A stretch of 63,055 nt of DNA, the filler included, from Reticulomyxa filosa (lineage: Eukaryota; Protista; Foraminifera): the NCBI GenBank assembly GCA_000512085.1. It is 18 parts of 18 records of this genome, joined end to end, with 100 filler letters (N's around TTAATTAATTAA, not from the genome) between each part and the next. Parts side by side here need not be neighbours in the genome. Positions count along the whole stretch, not along the records: positions 36,354 to 44,541 come from ASPP01010604.1; positions 44,642 to 47,465 come from ASPP01019363.1; positions 47,566 to 49,181 come from ASPP01026234.1; 15 more parts are not named here. One strand, written 5' to 3'. The position numbers and the translations under genes are program-made. The notes below the pieces were generated by a model, which was not told the DNA's origin, searched no databases, and saw only the letters and a program-made list of their open reading frames with translations. Each line of letters begins with the position of its first letter. Within the stretch, counting starts at the first letter, position 1. Of the stretch, positions 36,355-49,281 are shown in pieces.

Positions 36355-37404
36355 TCATCATCATTATCATTACAACCACAATCACAATCATTATCATCAT
36401 CATCCGAACAACATGAAACACAAACAAAAGAAAACAAGACAGACATAATAGTAAATCCAAGCAAGCAAGGACACGAGTTGAAGCCAAGAACGTACGATAT
36501 GACGGCGAACCAATCGCACCTGCCATCGCGCGGACTTCGTTATCACTTTACGCCATCGGTGTATTCGCAGCGACACCTGATTCCGAAGGAGGTGTTGCCG
36601 ATCACTATGAGCGAGGGTCTCCCAAGTTCACTTCAACAACAACAACAACAACAACAGCAACAACAACAACAACATTTGCCAATGAATATAACTGCCGAAG
36701 AACTAAGCAACTGGCCAACACCTCCATGGAAACTGGAAGGGTTCATTGAACCCAGTCGCGCCGTCACGGCAGTTCGCCATACCAACTATCCCGAGCTGTT
36801 CGATCAGTCGTTGGAGAGCAGACGTCTTTCCGACGAAGAGTGGCTTCGCAGACTGGAGAAGAAAACATCTCTCGATAAGGGCGACGCACTAGCGCTAAAG
36901 AACCAATCATCGTCGTTGTCGCTGCCATCGTTGGATCATCACCGACGACAACAACTTGTGAACGTGCGCGAACATGCGCTGGAGGAACAGAAAAAACAGG
37001 ATATGATGTATCGTCTCAAACCTGACCCGGACAAACAGCGCAAACGCAACAAGACCATGCACTTTTGGGATGACCCCATGTGGACCCTCGGCTCGTATAT
37101 CGTCGTCGCCCTTGGCGTCGCCGTGTCCTTCTTCTTCCTCAAACTCAAACCTGCACTCGCCACGCTCGATGTGCTCGCCTCCGAAGAAACCATTCGCAAC
37201 CAACGCTTGCATCAACTACCCGTTGTCTGGAGGACACAGGGACAGATTGTTCATGCTGATCTCTTAGGTCACAATTTTTCTACTACTACGGCTATTGCTA
37301 TTGATAATACCAGTAGTAGTAATCATAATAATAATAATGATGACACTGCTACTACACTTTCACAGACACATCAAGAACACCAAAATCAATCAACAAAACT
37401 TTAA
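36355..37404 (+). CDS. Hypothetical single-pass membrane protein with polyQ tract (5'-truncated)
   Basis: Frame is open from the contig start (350 codons) with GC-rich codon usage, a Q-run, and one hydrophobic segment (TLGSYIVVALGVAVSFFFL). Confidence 0.6.
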   Translation, partial: SSSLSLQPQSQSLSSSSEQHETQTKENKTDIIVNPSKQGHELKPRTYDMTANQSHLPSRGLRYHFTPSVYSQRHLIPKEVLPITMSEGLPSSLQQQQQQQQQQQQQHLPMNITAEELSNWPTPPWKLEGFIEPSRAVTAVRHTNYPELFDQSLESRRLSDEEWLRRLEKKTSLDKGDALALKNQSSSLSLPSLDHHRRQQLVNVREHALEEQKKQDMMYRLKPDPDKQRKRNKTMHFWDDPMWTLGSYIVVALGVAVSFFFLKLKPALATLDVLASEETIRNQRLHQLPVVWRTQGQIVHADLLGHNFSTTTAIAIDNTSSSNHNNNNDDTATTLSQTHQEHQNQSTKL

Positions 37405-38300
37405 CAAATTTTTTTTTTTTAAAAAAAAGTCAAATTCAAATGACTTTTTTTAAAGCTTGAAAGATATCACTCTTTTTTTTTTCTATCATATATGACCTCG
37501 ATTTAATAGACTCTCTTTTTAGTTCTTGCTCCATCTTTCTCTTGTCCCTTTTTCCAAGTTCAAAAAGTAACTCTTTTAAAAGCTTAAAGGTTTATGACAT
37601 TTTGATGCTCTTACAAACGACTTGACGCTGCTGCCACTAACTCAATTACTCAAGTCTTTTCTGTAGATTTTTTTTCACTAGCTTGGTAAATTTATTGAAA
37701 ACGTTTAGATAGTAGTTAGTCGACAAAGCATTTGGAAAATCCGATTATTTATCTTCAAAAAATCTTTCAGCTAAAAAAAATAATAAACTGTTTGACTGAT
37801 ATATCTCAGCTTTTCCAAGTGTTTATTTTTTAGTTAAACTATACCTGCATTATTGCACATAATTGTGCAAAACATTTGTACAACAAGATCCAATTAACTT
37901 TTACTAATTTTAAATATTTAAATTATTTATTTTATTTCCCTAATGTGATCATTTATTATGTACAAAAAAAGTAAAAAAAATTTAGTTCAACCAGATATTT
38001 TTAAGTTATAAAACAGACATCATTCTAGATATAAGGTTTAGTTTGCAGCTATATTCCTTAGTTGCATAGATAAACATTTCGCTTCTTTGAAGCTTGAATT
38101 ACTGTCCTTTAGAACTAAAGTGTTTGTGAGGCAAGATCATACATCGCTTTTTTGTTTTTCATTTATTCTATATAAATACAATTCTTTTATTGTCTTGAAG
38201 AAAAGACTTTACAAACAGTTGCTTATATTTAATATTAAGTGATCTTCTCAAGTTGTTTCGTCCTCAAAGATGAGCCTTATAAAAAGTAGTATGAGTTTGC

Positions 38301-40415
38301 TCATTTTCCATTGCCAATATTTTCATTTGAAAATAGATTATTTCCAAACGCTGCTTGCGTTGACGCAATACAGTCGTTATATTCTGTAAAAAAAGGAACT
38401 TTTTCTAGTGGAGGTATCCCAATTGTAGAGGAGCTCTCTTGTTGATTTATGTCAGTATCCACCAACACTTGGGAACTCTCCTTTGTTTGTTTTTCTGTTC
38501 TTGCTTTGATGTTTTTTCTAACTGTTTTTATTGGTTGATTGGGATGTATATGCTTTTCATGACGATACAACGAGCCTCTTTGAGTGAATCTTTGATTACA
38601 ATACTCGCACTTTTTAAAAAGGTTTGAGACGATCATCACTGACAAAATATTTCACAGTTCAACCTTAAAACCACAAAAGTTCAGTATTAACTTGAAATGG
38701 CTTAACCCCGTCATGGACTCTCATGTGTCGGTGTAGATCACTGGACTGATAAAAAGAGCGCTGACATTGCTCACATTGATGACGGCGAGTCTTGTCACGA
38801 ATTGAAGAGGTGACACTTCGTTTGTGAATTTTACCTACATGTTGACGGTAACCCTTTTCCTAAATTGATTGCAGCCGATCCAAACGATAGTATTCAAACG
38901 TCAGAAAGAAATTGTGTTAAAACATAAATAGAATAACTAAAACAAAACATTGGCAAAAAATTTTGGTACAACACAGTATTCACATCGGTATTGTTTGGCC
39001 ACTCCGTTGGAAATCAAACCCTTTTCTTGCACACTAGACAAGTTGAAATACTTATCACTGTCTTCCTTTGTCGTACTTTTAGATGATGTTATTTCTATTT
39101 TATTTATCTCTTGCATTGATCGAAATTGAGTGTAAGTAATATTTTTGCTATTGGCAGTACTTTTTATTTCCATTATACCTTCATTGCCAATCTTTTTTCT
39201 CTGCAATGTTTTTTGTCGATCCGCTCTAAATTTGTTAATTACTTTTTGTTAAAAGGTAAAAATGCATGTAACAAGAAAAACTCCTCAAAAATTTACATAT
39301 AAATAGTCCTTAAACCTCTATTATTTAGATAACACAAAATATGCCGTCGTGAAAACTACAAAGGCACAGTTCGAGAACCAGAAAAGTATCAAGTTGGAAA
39401 AGAACTTCAAAAAGGGGCATAATCTCTAATAGAAATTGATACCTGTCAGTTTTATTTGTTGATTTTTGTTCTTTGATTGTATCCAAAGAATTCACAAATG
39501 CAAATGGCTGTGTGACTATTTCTTGCTGTGGCTGATTTAAAGTTAATCCGAAGGCGGCAGGACAGTTAGCTTGTTGATCGAATAAAACGAGTGGCGATAT
39601 TGGCAATTCCTCACTGTAAGTCTCCTCTTTCAAAACGTCTGCTCGTGTTGGTGCATTTGCTTTATCATTTAGTGCTTTGTCATTACTGCCATCACCACCT
39701 AAGATTTCAATCATACCAATATAAAAGAACTAACAAAAACTGAAAACAAACTTTTTTTCAAACCAGTGTCGTCAACGGAGGAAGACTTAATCATATCAGG
39801 CTCCTGCAAAAATATAACATAAGAAGTTTTTGGAAATATCTTTGTCACGTAACTTTTTAAAAAGGATATATACTCAGTAAATCTAAACTTTTTTTTCATA
39901 GAATGTTTTGTTATACATTGGATCAGTTAGTTGATGCTGTGTAAAATACTGATACATCGGAAATGGGTAAGAAGCACATGGCATTTGACATAAATGCGAA
40001 GCATGTGTCAGATTCAGCATCTAAATTTTTAAATTATTTTTTACTTAGCGGGAATTTTAAAAAGTTTTATTAGTAAACTGTATATGAAATAACACTGATG
40101 CTTGGTAGAAATTGAAAAGCTAGCAATTTATCTTCTTCTTCCAAATAGATAAATCGATTTGATTGTGTGAAGTACCATCCGAAGCGATACTCTTCGTACT
40201 CACGCAATTTTTTGTCAATTTTCTCACGAACCTACATTTTTTTTATTTATGCTGTTTTTTTATCTTGCAAAAAGGGTGTATATTTTGATTGATGAAACTT
40301 GGGCTAGAGTTAAATTATCTGTCTCAATTTTTACATATCCCAAAGCAACACAATCGTAGGTAGATTGAATTAACAACCGAATTTCTTGTGTTTGAGTCCA
40401 AGGATCCATTTGCAT
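38301..40415 (-). CDS. C2H2 zinc-finger protein, multi-exon
   Basis: Spliced CEQCQRSFYQSSDLHRHMRVH-DGVKPFQ-CEYCNQRFTQRGSLYRHEKHIH plus a degenerate CEYC finger. Upstream exons join to MQMDPWTQ...TLAQ|VREKIDKKL; the N-terminal exons are less certain. Confidence 0.7.
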
Positions 40416-40936
40416 TCAATTGTTTGATATTTTTTGAAAATAGTCAATAAATATTGCTGATCAATAAACCTATTTTCTGTACACCTCAAAGTAATCTTCA
40501 TAATTTTTAAACTAAAGAAATTTTTTTAGCAAGGTAACAATAATAAGAAGTAATCTGTTAAAAATGTCCAGACTCCAATAGAAAAATATATCACATAGTT
40601 TGTAACTTTTCTCAAAATAAATTAAATTTGTTTAATTTTTAACACACACGTTGTTAGTTTCAATGCATAAACGTCAAAAACCAGTGCATTTTAAAATAAA
40701 ATATATAATTTATGATCCGTACATGTATATCCCTAAAAGAATTCTTCATCTAGGGGATGACGTACTCAGGAAACAAAGTTTATACCAAAAGTGACCGGAT
40801 AGTTTACGGTTAATCGCAGCGTGACTTGTTGCTGAATTGCCCCTGTTTACTCAAAAATACTTCAGCCTTTGATATTCTTCAACATATTACGTTTAGCTAT
40901 TGGTTGAAGCAGTTTTAATCTTACTTTTTTATCGCG

Positions 40937-41795
40937 ATGTCCTTTTTGTGGAATTGGTTTTTCAAGGCTTTGAATTACATTGGCTTAGCAAACAAAGATG
41001 CTACAATTCTCTTTCTTGGGCTAGATAATGCAGGCAAAACAACATTGTTACATGTTTTACGAGACAATCAAGTTAAGTGACAAACGTTGTCTTAATTGTT
41101 CGCTCGATCAAAATTGATTTTTTGATACAATGCAATCAATTCAAACAGGCACACGTCAGCGAACCTACAAGACACGCCACCAGTGAAGATTTGGTTATGG
41201 GCAGTGTCAAATTCACTACTTATGATTTGGGAGGCCATTATGCAGCAAGAAGGATCTGGAAGTTAGTCAAAGCTTTAACGCTCTACAATTGTTTATGTGT
41301 TGCTTATGTTACCTAAAAAGAGCAGAATGGCAAAAACTTTTTCTTCTAAGTACGTATACACATCATCCAAACCCTGTGTTTGTACTGTGACTATACAGAG
41401 ATTATTGTCATCAAGTTGACGGAATAGTTTTTTTGGTTGACGCTGCCGATTCCGACCGTTTTGAAGAGTCTCGCAAAGAATTAACAAATTTATTGTCCTC
41501 TCAAGATCTCAAAGACGTTCCGTTCCTTGTATTGGGAAATAAAGTCGACAAAAAAGTTAAATTCATTTTTTATGAGGGAAAATCCAAACTAATTTTGACT
41601 TCAAATTGTCTTTTTTGTTTGAAGGGCGCTGTTGGAGAAAAAGAATTGCGATCTTCATTGAGCTTAACACAAACCACTGGCAAGACAGGAACACCAGAAA
41701 AGGGTTCTCGCCCAGTTGAACTATTTATGTGCTCTGTGATCAAACGCAAAGGGTTTGCGGATGGTTTCAAATGGCTTGCAAATTTCATCGAATAA
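40937..41795 (+). CDS. SAR1: Small GTPase Sar1 (COPII), 4 exons
   Basis: [48 protein letters not shown] and ELFMCSV...GF..GFKWL. Three in-frame GTT..AG introns. Confidence 0.95.
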
Positions 41796-42057
41796 ATAAA
41801 TTTTTTTTTGTAAAGAGGAGCGTTTTATCTTTGTTGATTTTTTTTGGCGTGTATTGCGATTTTCGTTAGTGTTCCACAATTAAAAAGTTTATGTTTTTTT
41901 TTTTGAGACTTTGAAATTTCAGAAAACAATTTAACTTCAGCAATCGTCTTTCATACGTTGAAATTTGATTTTTCTTCCTTTGATAAAATTCTCTTAAGAA
42001 TTTTTAAAAGAATGTATTAAACGTTTCAATATTTTTTCTTAGAAAAAAAAGATCAAA

Positions 42058-42733
42058 TTAGAATCTTCCTGCATAAAAAGTTATCTTATCACGAAATTTT
42101 TTTTCGAAAGGGTTTATAGGAGGAACATGCCTTGCTTCAGGGGTGAGCTCATTCAAAGGGACTCCATAAGGGACAAATAATTCACCAAAATAATGCCTTG
42201 GGATTTGCATTTTGGACGAAGTGTAGTCATCACAACAACCATTGAGATGAACCTGTTTGTGTTTAGCATATGTATACGTATTTGGTCCTACCAAAAGTTT
42301 TTGGTGTATTCCTTTCAAGAGAGTTGAACTTTTATGTGAGCTCCATTGTTTGCTGGAGAAGGACCAGAGCAAGTGTTTCTAGAATAAACAGGCTCTTGTG
42401 TAGAAATAGGTTGTTTGCACTCGGGATCACTGAAGTATGTCAGCTGAATCTCATCCCTTCCGTGGCAAGTCCAAGAGAAAAATGGATATTGTTCACTTTC
42501 CTGTTGCATAAACTCGTGATTGCGATCCCCTTGTGATTGACAGCAAAAAAAAGAAACGAAAACAGAAGGAAAAAGGTCAAAACTCCTTGTTGGCACAAAT
42601 CTGGGACTTGATGAAAGAAGACCTTAGTTTTGGTTTGAGTTGTGCACTGATTGTCCAAATGACTGTCAACTTTAAACTCGCAGGCGTGGCAAGTCACAAG
42701 CGTAACTGCCAAAGCAAGTAAACAAACTCTCAT
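42058..42733 (-). CDS. Secreted Cys-containing protein of unknown function, 3 exons
   Basis: Signal peptide MRVCLLALAVTLVTCHA. The ORF pieces 42440-42733, 42315-42596 and 42058-42372 can be linked through poly-T introns. Confidence 0.6.
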
Positions 42734-44659
42734 TTCAATTATTGTGGTTCCAAGCTAAGTGACATAAAAAAAAACTTGACCCCTTCTGTTGCAGTTTTTC
42801 TTTGTAGGGGCGACTGAAATAAAAAATTGGTACGGGCAGTAACAACACTATTACGATTTGTTGAATTGACGTTGACCGACAATTTTTTTGTTCTACTTTA
42901 CTTAAATGTTCTTCATGGACTAAAACAATTGCGACTGGAAAATTTATACGTTTTGTTTCTAAAAAAGTAGTTGCTTTCAAAGTACGATGTGCATGCAAAA
43001 TTATTGCAATTTAATTTCAATTCTCAAAAAAATGAATTGAATTTCTTCGATAAAAAAAAAAAATCAAACGCGAATGGATACAACAAAAGCAAACGCGTTT
43101 CAAACGTTACTGCCGGTACATAGTTTAAGCCTATCTTGAAACCAGTTGTGCACCACTAGACTAATGCTACTTTATTGTTGGTTTTTAACTATTAGACAGT
43201 TGCATTTGCTTCTTTCGATTTGATATCAGAACGGTAATTTAAAGAAATAATCATATACTTGTTTGTGAAGTTCACCTAGTTTGATCCTGCTGAAGACAAG
43301 TTCGCTGACTTAAAGCACAGTGATATTTTGGACATCGTTTTGCGTAGTTGAAACATCGGCATTTAGTATAATTGTGTGCATGTCAGTCGTCATGAAGTGT
43401 AAACGGTGGAAAGTGCCAAGTTTGTTTAGAACTAGTTTAAGTCTACGTTCAATTCAAAACTAAATCGCAAATACGATATCATATCTTAGATAACTTTCGA
43501 AATAAATTTGTTCAAATTGTTCAAATCTGGTTTAGCAATTCGCAATTGTTTTTGGCAGATCACGTAAATGATCTCACTATCTAACAATAAAGAAACTTAC
43601 GTATGGTCTAACAACATGTTAGTCGCCAACAACTCATTATATTGTTCTACTACGCATGTGGACAAGTTTGTAACTGGTAACTTTCAAAGACAAATTTCAG
43701 TTTTTTTCTGTATTAAACAGCCAAGCGTTCAAAAATTAATTACCCAACACAGAGCCAGTGTTTTTTCAAGAAGACTTTAAAAGATTCATTTACTGAGTTC
43801 TATTTTCTTTTGACACTGTTATCAATTCACAATAATGTCACAGATGGCACTTCCTAGTCGTATGCAGACTTGGTCGACATCTAGTTTTTGATCGAGCTTT
43901 CGATTTGGGATTGAAGTTTTTAAAAAGTTTTTCAAGGAACATCAAAACAAAACTTTTTTCCGTTGTTGTCAAAGTTTTTTGCTCTGAGTTTGATACAGAA
44001 AATGATAGAAAAGGCGGCCAAATTATCAGCAAAATTGTCATACTGTGTGGAACAACGATTTTTTAGTCAAACATTATCTAAGAAACTAAAACGAATATTT
44101 TTTTTAGATATTGTATTACGAGCTGAGCAAGTGCAAAAGTGAAGCAAATGAAGAGATGCGAAACAATGTCAAAACTGTTGTGGGTTTTTCTGCTGCTGAA
44201 AGAGGTGTGCAAACTGTAATACGAAAGGCTTTCGCTCTTTTGAGTAATTTAAAACAAAAGAGTAATGATTTAAATAAAAGAGAAAATAAACAACAAGATT
44301 CAACAAGTGAAAGAGGAAAGACAAGTCGTGAAAGTGAGTAGTGTGTTGTTAGAATAAAGGGTTCCAAAGTTCACTTGTACTTATTACGATATCATGAGTA
44401 CTACACTGTACAAAACGTCAAATCGTTTTAATTAACGATCTTTAAAATCTGTTCAATGACAATACCGTTTTAAAAAAAAACAATTCAGACGTTTACAATG
44501 AAAAAAACAAATTGAGATTATTGGAGATACCTTTCGTACTTNNNNNNNNNNNNNNNNNNNNNNNNNNNNNNNNNNNNNNNNNNNNTTAATTAATTAANNN
44601 NNNNNNNNNNNNNNNNNNNNNNNNNNNNNNNNNNNNNNNNNCTAGGTTGATCAAAAATA

Positions 44660-45080
44660 TGATTTTTTAAAATGATTTTTAAAAATTTCGAAGGAGTTCA
44701 TATAAATTGAACATGTATTGAAAATAAGAAATTTTTAAATCTTTTTGTTTTCATTTTAGGAATCTTCAAGTCAAATATATACTTTTTTAAAAAAATTAGC
44801 ATTGTATCTTTCGTAGTTTTTAACAAAATTTTGAAATTCTTCTTGGCATTAACTCAACTAGAGCTTGACATAGTTTAGTCAAATGTTTCACTATTTTAAA
44901 TATCAAATTATCAACAATAAAGAAAATTAGCAAAAAAAAAATTTAATATTTAAAAACTACAAGATTAGTAGATTTTTTTTAAAAAATTATGTTTAAATCT
45001 TTATTTTTCATGGAGAAAATCGATTCTATTCATATAATGCCATTTATGTATTGCAGTTTTTTCTTCAATCTACTGTAGAA
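44660..45080 (+). repeat. Dispersed AT-rich repeat family, copy 2
   Basis: taaaaactacaa...aaaaaattatgtttaaatctttatttttcatgg...caatctactgtagaa aligns with copy 1. Confidence 0.7.
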
Positions 45081-45497
45081 TCTCCTTGTTACTAAATATT
45101 TTGATATATTTAAATAAAAATGTTAACATTGCATGTTATTTTTAATTTTTAGCTTCTTCAATTATAATAATAAATTCAAATCTTAAACATAATTCAAAAT
45201 AAATCGATATTCAAATACACTAACACAGATAAATTAGTATACTTTTTATGATTGCGTTTTAATTTGTTTGACGCTTTTTATATTTTTGAATGACAATTTA
45301 TTCATAACACCCTTGAGCAGTTTGTATTTTTTAAGTAAGAGTTTTATTAAGTTTTTTCAGTTCTGTTATAATTTTGATCATATTTTTTTAAAATCCAATA
45401 TTTGCTTGTACATATTTGACTTACAAATTTGCATATTTTGCTTTGACTAATCGTTTTTTTGTTTTTTTTTTCCAGTTTTGTAAATATAATAGTTAAA

Positions 45498-45612
45498 TCT
45501 TGCTCAAAACACTTGCTCACGACCACTGCTCAAGATTTCAATACAATTGCTCGCGACACTTGCTCACAATCACTGCTCACGACTCTTGCTCATGACCACT
45601 TCTCACAACCAC
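45498..45612 (+). repeat. Degenerate 13-15 bp tandem repeat (approximately CTTGCTCACGACCA)
   Basis: cttgctcaaaacacttgctcacgaccactgctcaag...ttgctcgcgacacttgctcacaatcactgctcacgactcttgctcatgaccacttctcacaaccac. Confidence 0.75.
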
Positions 45613-47799
45613 AGTATTGACAAATTTCAACAGTCGATAATTCCATTTTTACAAAAGATATAATAATAACAATGCAAATGCTAATATTAAATTAAAAAAA
45701 TGTATAAAGAAATTAACACAAATTACTAGTAGCAAATCTTATATTAAAAGATAATTAAATGATATATGATGAAAAAAGAATTTATATCATTTATGAATCT
45801 TCATAAACATTACAGAATTCACACTAAATTGTTTTTTTTTAATTATATTATTAATATACATATATATAAGTAACAAGTAAAACAAAAATATAATTGCATT
45901 AAGTGCAAAGATTGTCACGTTTATTTTCTAAACAAAAAGAACTTGAAATACATTAAAAAATACATTTATCTGAAAAATCTAATCAATGTGATATTTGTGA
46001 AAAAAAATTTAAAAGAAGACACAAGTTAAGTAATTATTTTAAATTATATTATTTAAAAAAATAATAATAAAAATACAGACTGAAAAAGACATCAATTAAC
46101 ACATTCTGAAAGATAAAAAGAAATAAACAATTGCAATTATTAAAAATGTAATGTTTAAATTTCATGTATTGTTGTTTCTATAAACTACTGGAAATTGAAA
46201 TTAACTTTTAAATAAATATATTACAGTAACTATCAATTTGATGATATTTAAAATTATTAAAAATAACTAAAGTTTGTAAATTGAAGTGGAATTGTTTGTA
46301 ACATTAATTCATCATTAATTCAATTATTCAAAAATATCAGTTTATGTTTGTCTATTATTTGTACTAAATATTTATTAGTGCGTTTTTTGTGCATGAAATG
46401 GCCACATAAAAATTGTTATATAATTTTATGTTTATTGTGTGAATAGAATTAACTGACAATTTATTCTATTATGATCATATATAGTTATGTTTTATTTGTC
46501 AAATTTTTTTCGAAATGCAAAATCTTATTAAAAAATATAATTGAATTTATTTTCTTTTTTTTCATTTAAATCAATTACACAGATCCTTAAAAACACTTTC
46601 TTTTAATAGACTTATTATGAGAAAATAAAACTCAGGATCCAGATAAAACCAATTTATCGAATAATAAAAAAATAATGTAAGTTAAATGAAGAAAACAAAA
46701 AACTGTTTTTTATAAAAAGATTATGTCAAATCTGTATTACATACAGTTTTTTTAACATAAAATATGTTATTAAGAAAGCAAGAATATTATTTCTAAAAAT
46801 AAAGATATATCTGATTTACAATATTTAAAAGAAGAATTATCACGTAATGAAGAAGAAATATTGTAAAACATGTTGATATGATGTACATTGATTAAGCAAA
46901 GACAAAAGTATTAATTAAATTTTCTGCTGGAAAATAATATCAAATAAGTATTGTCTTGATATACAACAAAATTTACTATTATTGATGATGTGAAGTTCTT
47001 TCTTAATCTATTGGAGCATTTGGTTCAATGAATAAAGTGATTTATTCTTTTTTAAATAGCTTCGTTTATACTTTTGCTGAACGATGATAAATCTGTCACT
47101 ACATATCCTTTTGTAATGATCAAATAATGAAAAGGTCATAGTTTTTATTATATAAATCAATACATAATCGCATTTTAAATTGATCAATGATAAAATTTTA
47201 GTTAAATATCAAGCAAATGATATTATACAATCAATTGATAATAGTTTTTTATCTAATGACAAGCACATCATATTTATGTCCACAAATAATTTATATTTAT
47301 TGTCTTGAAGTCCAAAATCTGAAATTGCAGTTTGCAAAAATGATTAAACATTTTTTTAATAATGGAATAAGTATAAATTATAATTTAATTCTTTTTTAAA
47401 TAATTCAATAAAATTCTTGATGTCATTTTCTACACTTAGAATGTTATCATTTTGATTACAATATTNNNNNNNNNNNNNNNNNNNNNNNNNNNNNNNNNNN
47501 NNNNNNNNNTTAATTAATTAANNNNNNNNNNNNNNNNNNNNNNNNNNNNNNNNNNNNNNNNNNNNTTCCAATAAAAAATGATTTCACATTACACATTTTT
47601 CTAAGTTTACGTATTTTCTCATTTTTTGAAACACTAAAATGAGTTTTGCTTTTAAATATAAGCGGCAAGTAAAAACAAGATTATACGTAATCAAAGAATT
47701 GTTTCAATATGTATATTCCCACTAACATCGCTAAGGATGAAAAGGTGCATTTATTCAGTTGTATGAATTCCCACATTCAGTTTCCATATTGCGCTTCAT

Positions 47800-49181
47800 C
47801 TTCTTGTTATAACTGACACTGTCGACGTGGTATGTTTATGCAATTGATAGACAGCAAAGAGATTTGGATCTAACAATTATTATTTCTCTTGTACCATTAC
47901 AGTGCAATGTGCAAGCTTTATTACAACGTGGAATGTCCTGATATTGTTTCGACAATACTTCCCGCACAAATCAATTTAAACACTCAACAATCGTATAAAA
48001 TTTATCAATCATATTCCCCAACAAGAGCTCAACTTTGATGCAAACACGATATCAAACAGTACATCTCTCTATATATTCCCAACAAGGCAATATCTCTACA
48101 CATTTACACTACAGTTGTGAGCAACCATAGTTTGATACGAAGCCATCTTGAAGTGTGCTGTATTTTTTGGATTGTATATATTAGATTAATTGCATCGATA
48201 GTGAAAAGCAAGGACGTGCCTGTATTACAAGTGGTGGCGCAGTGGCAAAGGTATCTAGTAACAAGATAGACGTCCATTGAACAGATACAACTAGTGACAA
48301 GATGAAAACATTGCGAATTGAGTTTGGATAGTCCATTTACAATTACCGACGTTGTGATGTATGGTAAGTGACTTCACACTATATCAATTGTGGAAGTCTT
48401 GGCGCGTGTGTTATTCGTCGTGGAAATTTAGTAAACGTATCCCTCGGATGGAGGAGCCATCATTTTATTGCGGACATGCAGTGAAACCAAACAGTCAAGC
48501 GAATTTCCGTGCGGCGTGCAAAGTTTTGGATTCGATGCAGTTCTTTCTCGTATTTGAATCACGTATTGCTAGAGAAATGGATTAAAACAATTGTCTGTTT
48601 CAATTCGGACCACACTATGATTTATCTTCATTGAAACGTGAGTATCAAATGCGGTTCGGATACTCACAATGCACGATCATATTCAATCAACAATGGCACT
48701 ATTTTCACTCATGCACTTAATTCAATGGTTGCTCCATTCCACCCCACTTTTTTTTGCCAACACCAACGCTGGTGTAAATTGAAGTTCTATTGTGTACAAG
48801 TGTGTTGGAAGTGTATGAACACTGGCTGCTGATACTTCTGGAGTCATCTTCAATTTTGACGACTAACTATACGACATTGTGCAAATGGTTTGGTTGTATC
48901 TATCCTTGCACATCGGTCGGACTCGTGCAATCAAGCAGGCGATGTCAATTTTTTTCCAGATGCTCGAGAACGTATTACGAAGATCACATCTAATCAAACG
49001 AATATATCCTCGATAATTGAACGGTGCCTCCAATGCGTTGTACCGAGATACGAGTGGAACAACAATAGTCGTTTATATTTGGGAAGCAAATAGATATTTT
49101 TTCAAACAAGCAATCCTTCAAGAAATAATACCAAGCCAATCCACGTGTTCAATATTGCCATCGAAAGAAGATACTCTGAGT
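47800..49181 (+). pseudogene. Decayed coding-like sequence of unidentified family
   Basis: GC is above the intergenic level, there are no poly-A/T introns, and many short overlapping ORFs are broken by stops. Confidence 0.3.
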
Positions 49182-49281
49182 NNNNNNNNNNNNNNNNNNN
49201 NNNNNNNNNNNNNNNNNNNNNNNNNTTAATTAATTAANNNNNNNNNNNNNNNNNNNNNNNNNNNNNNNNNNNNNNNNNNNN

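Noticed and set aside
43100-43170. tRNA-like 5' end on the minus strand (GTAGCATTAGTCTAGTGGT)
   Set aside because: It has an A-box-like start only. There is no closing D-stem, T-loop (GTTCRA) or matching acceptor strand.
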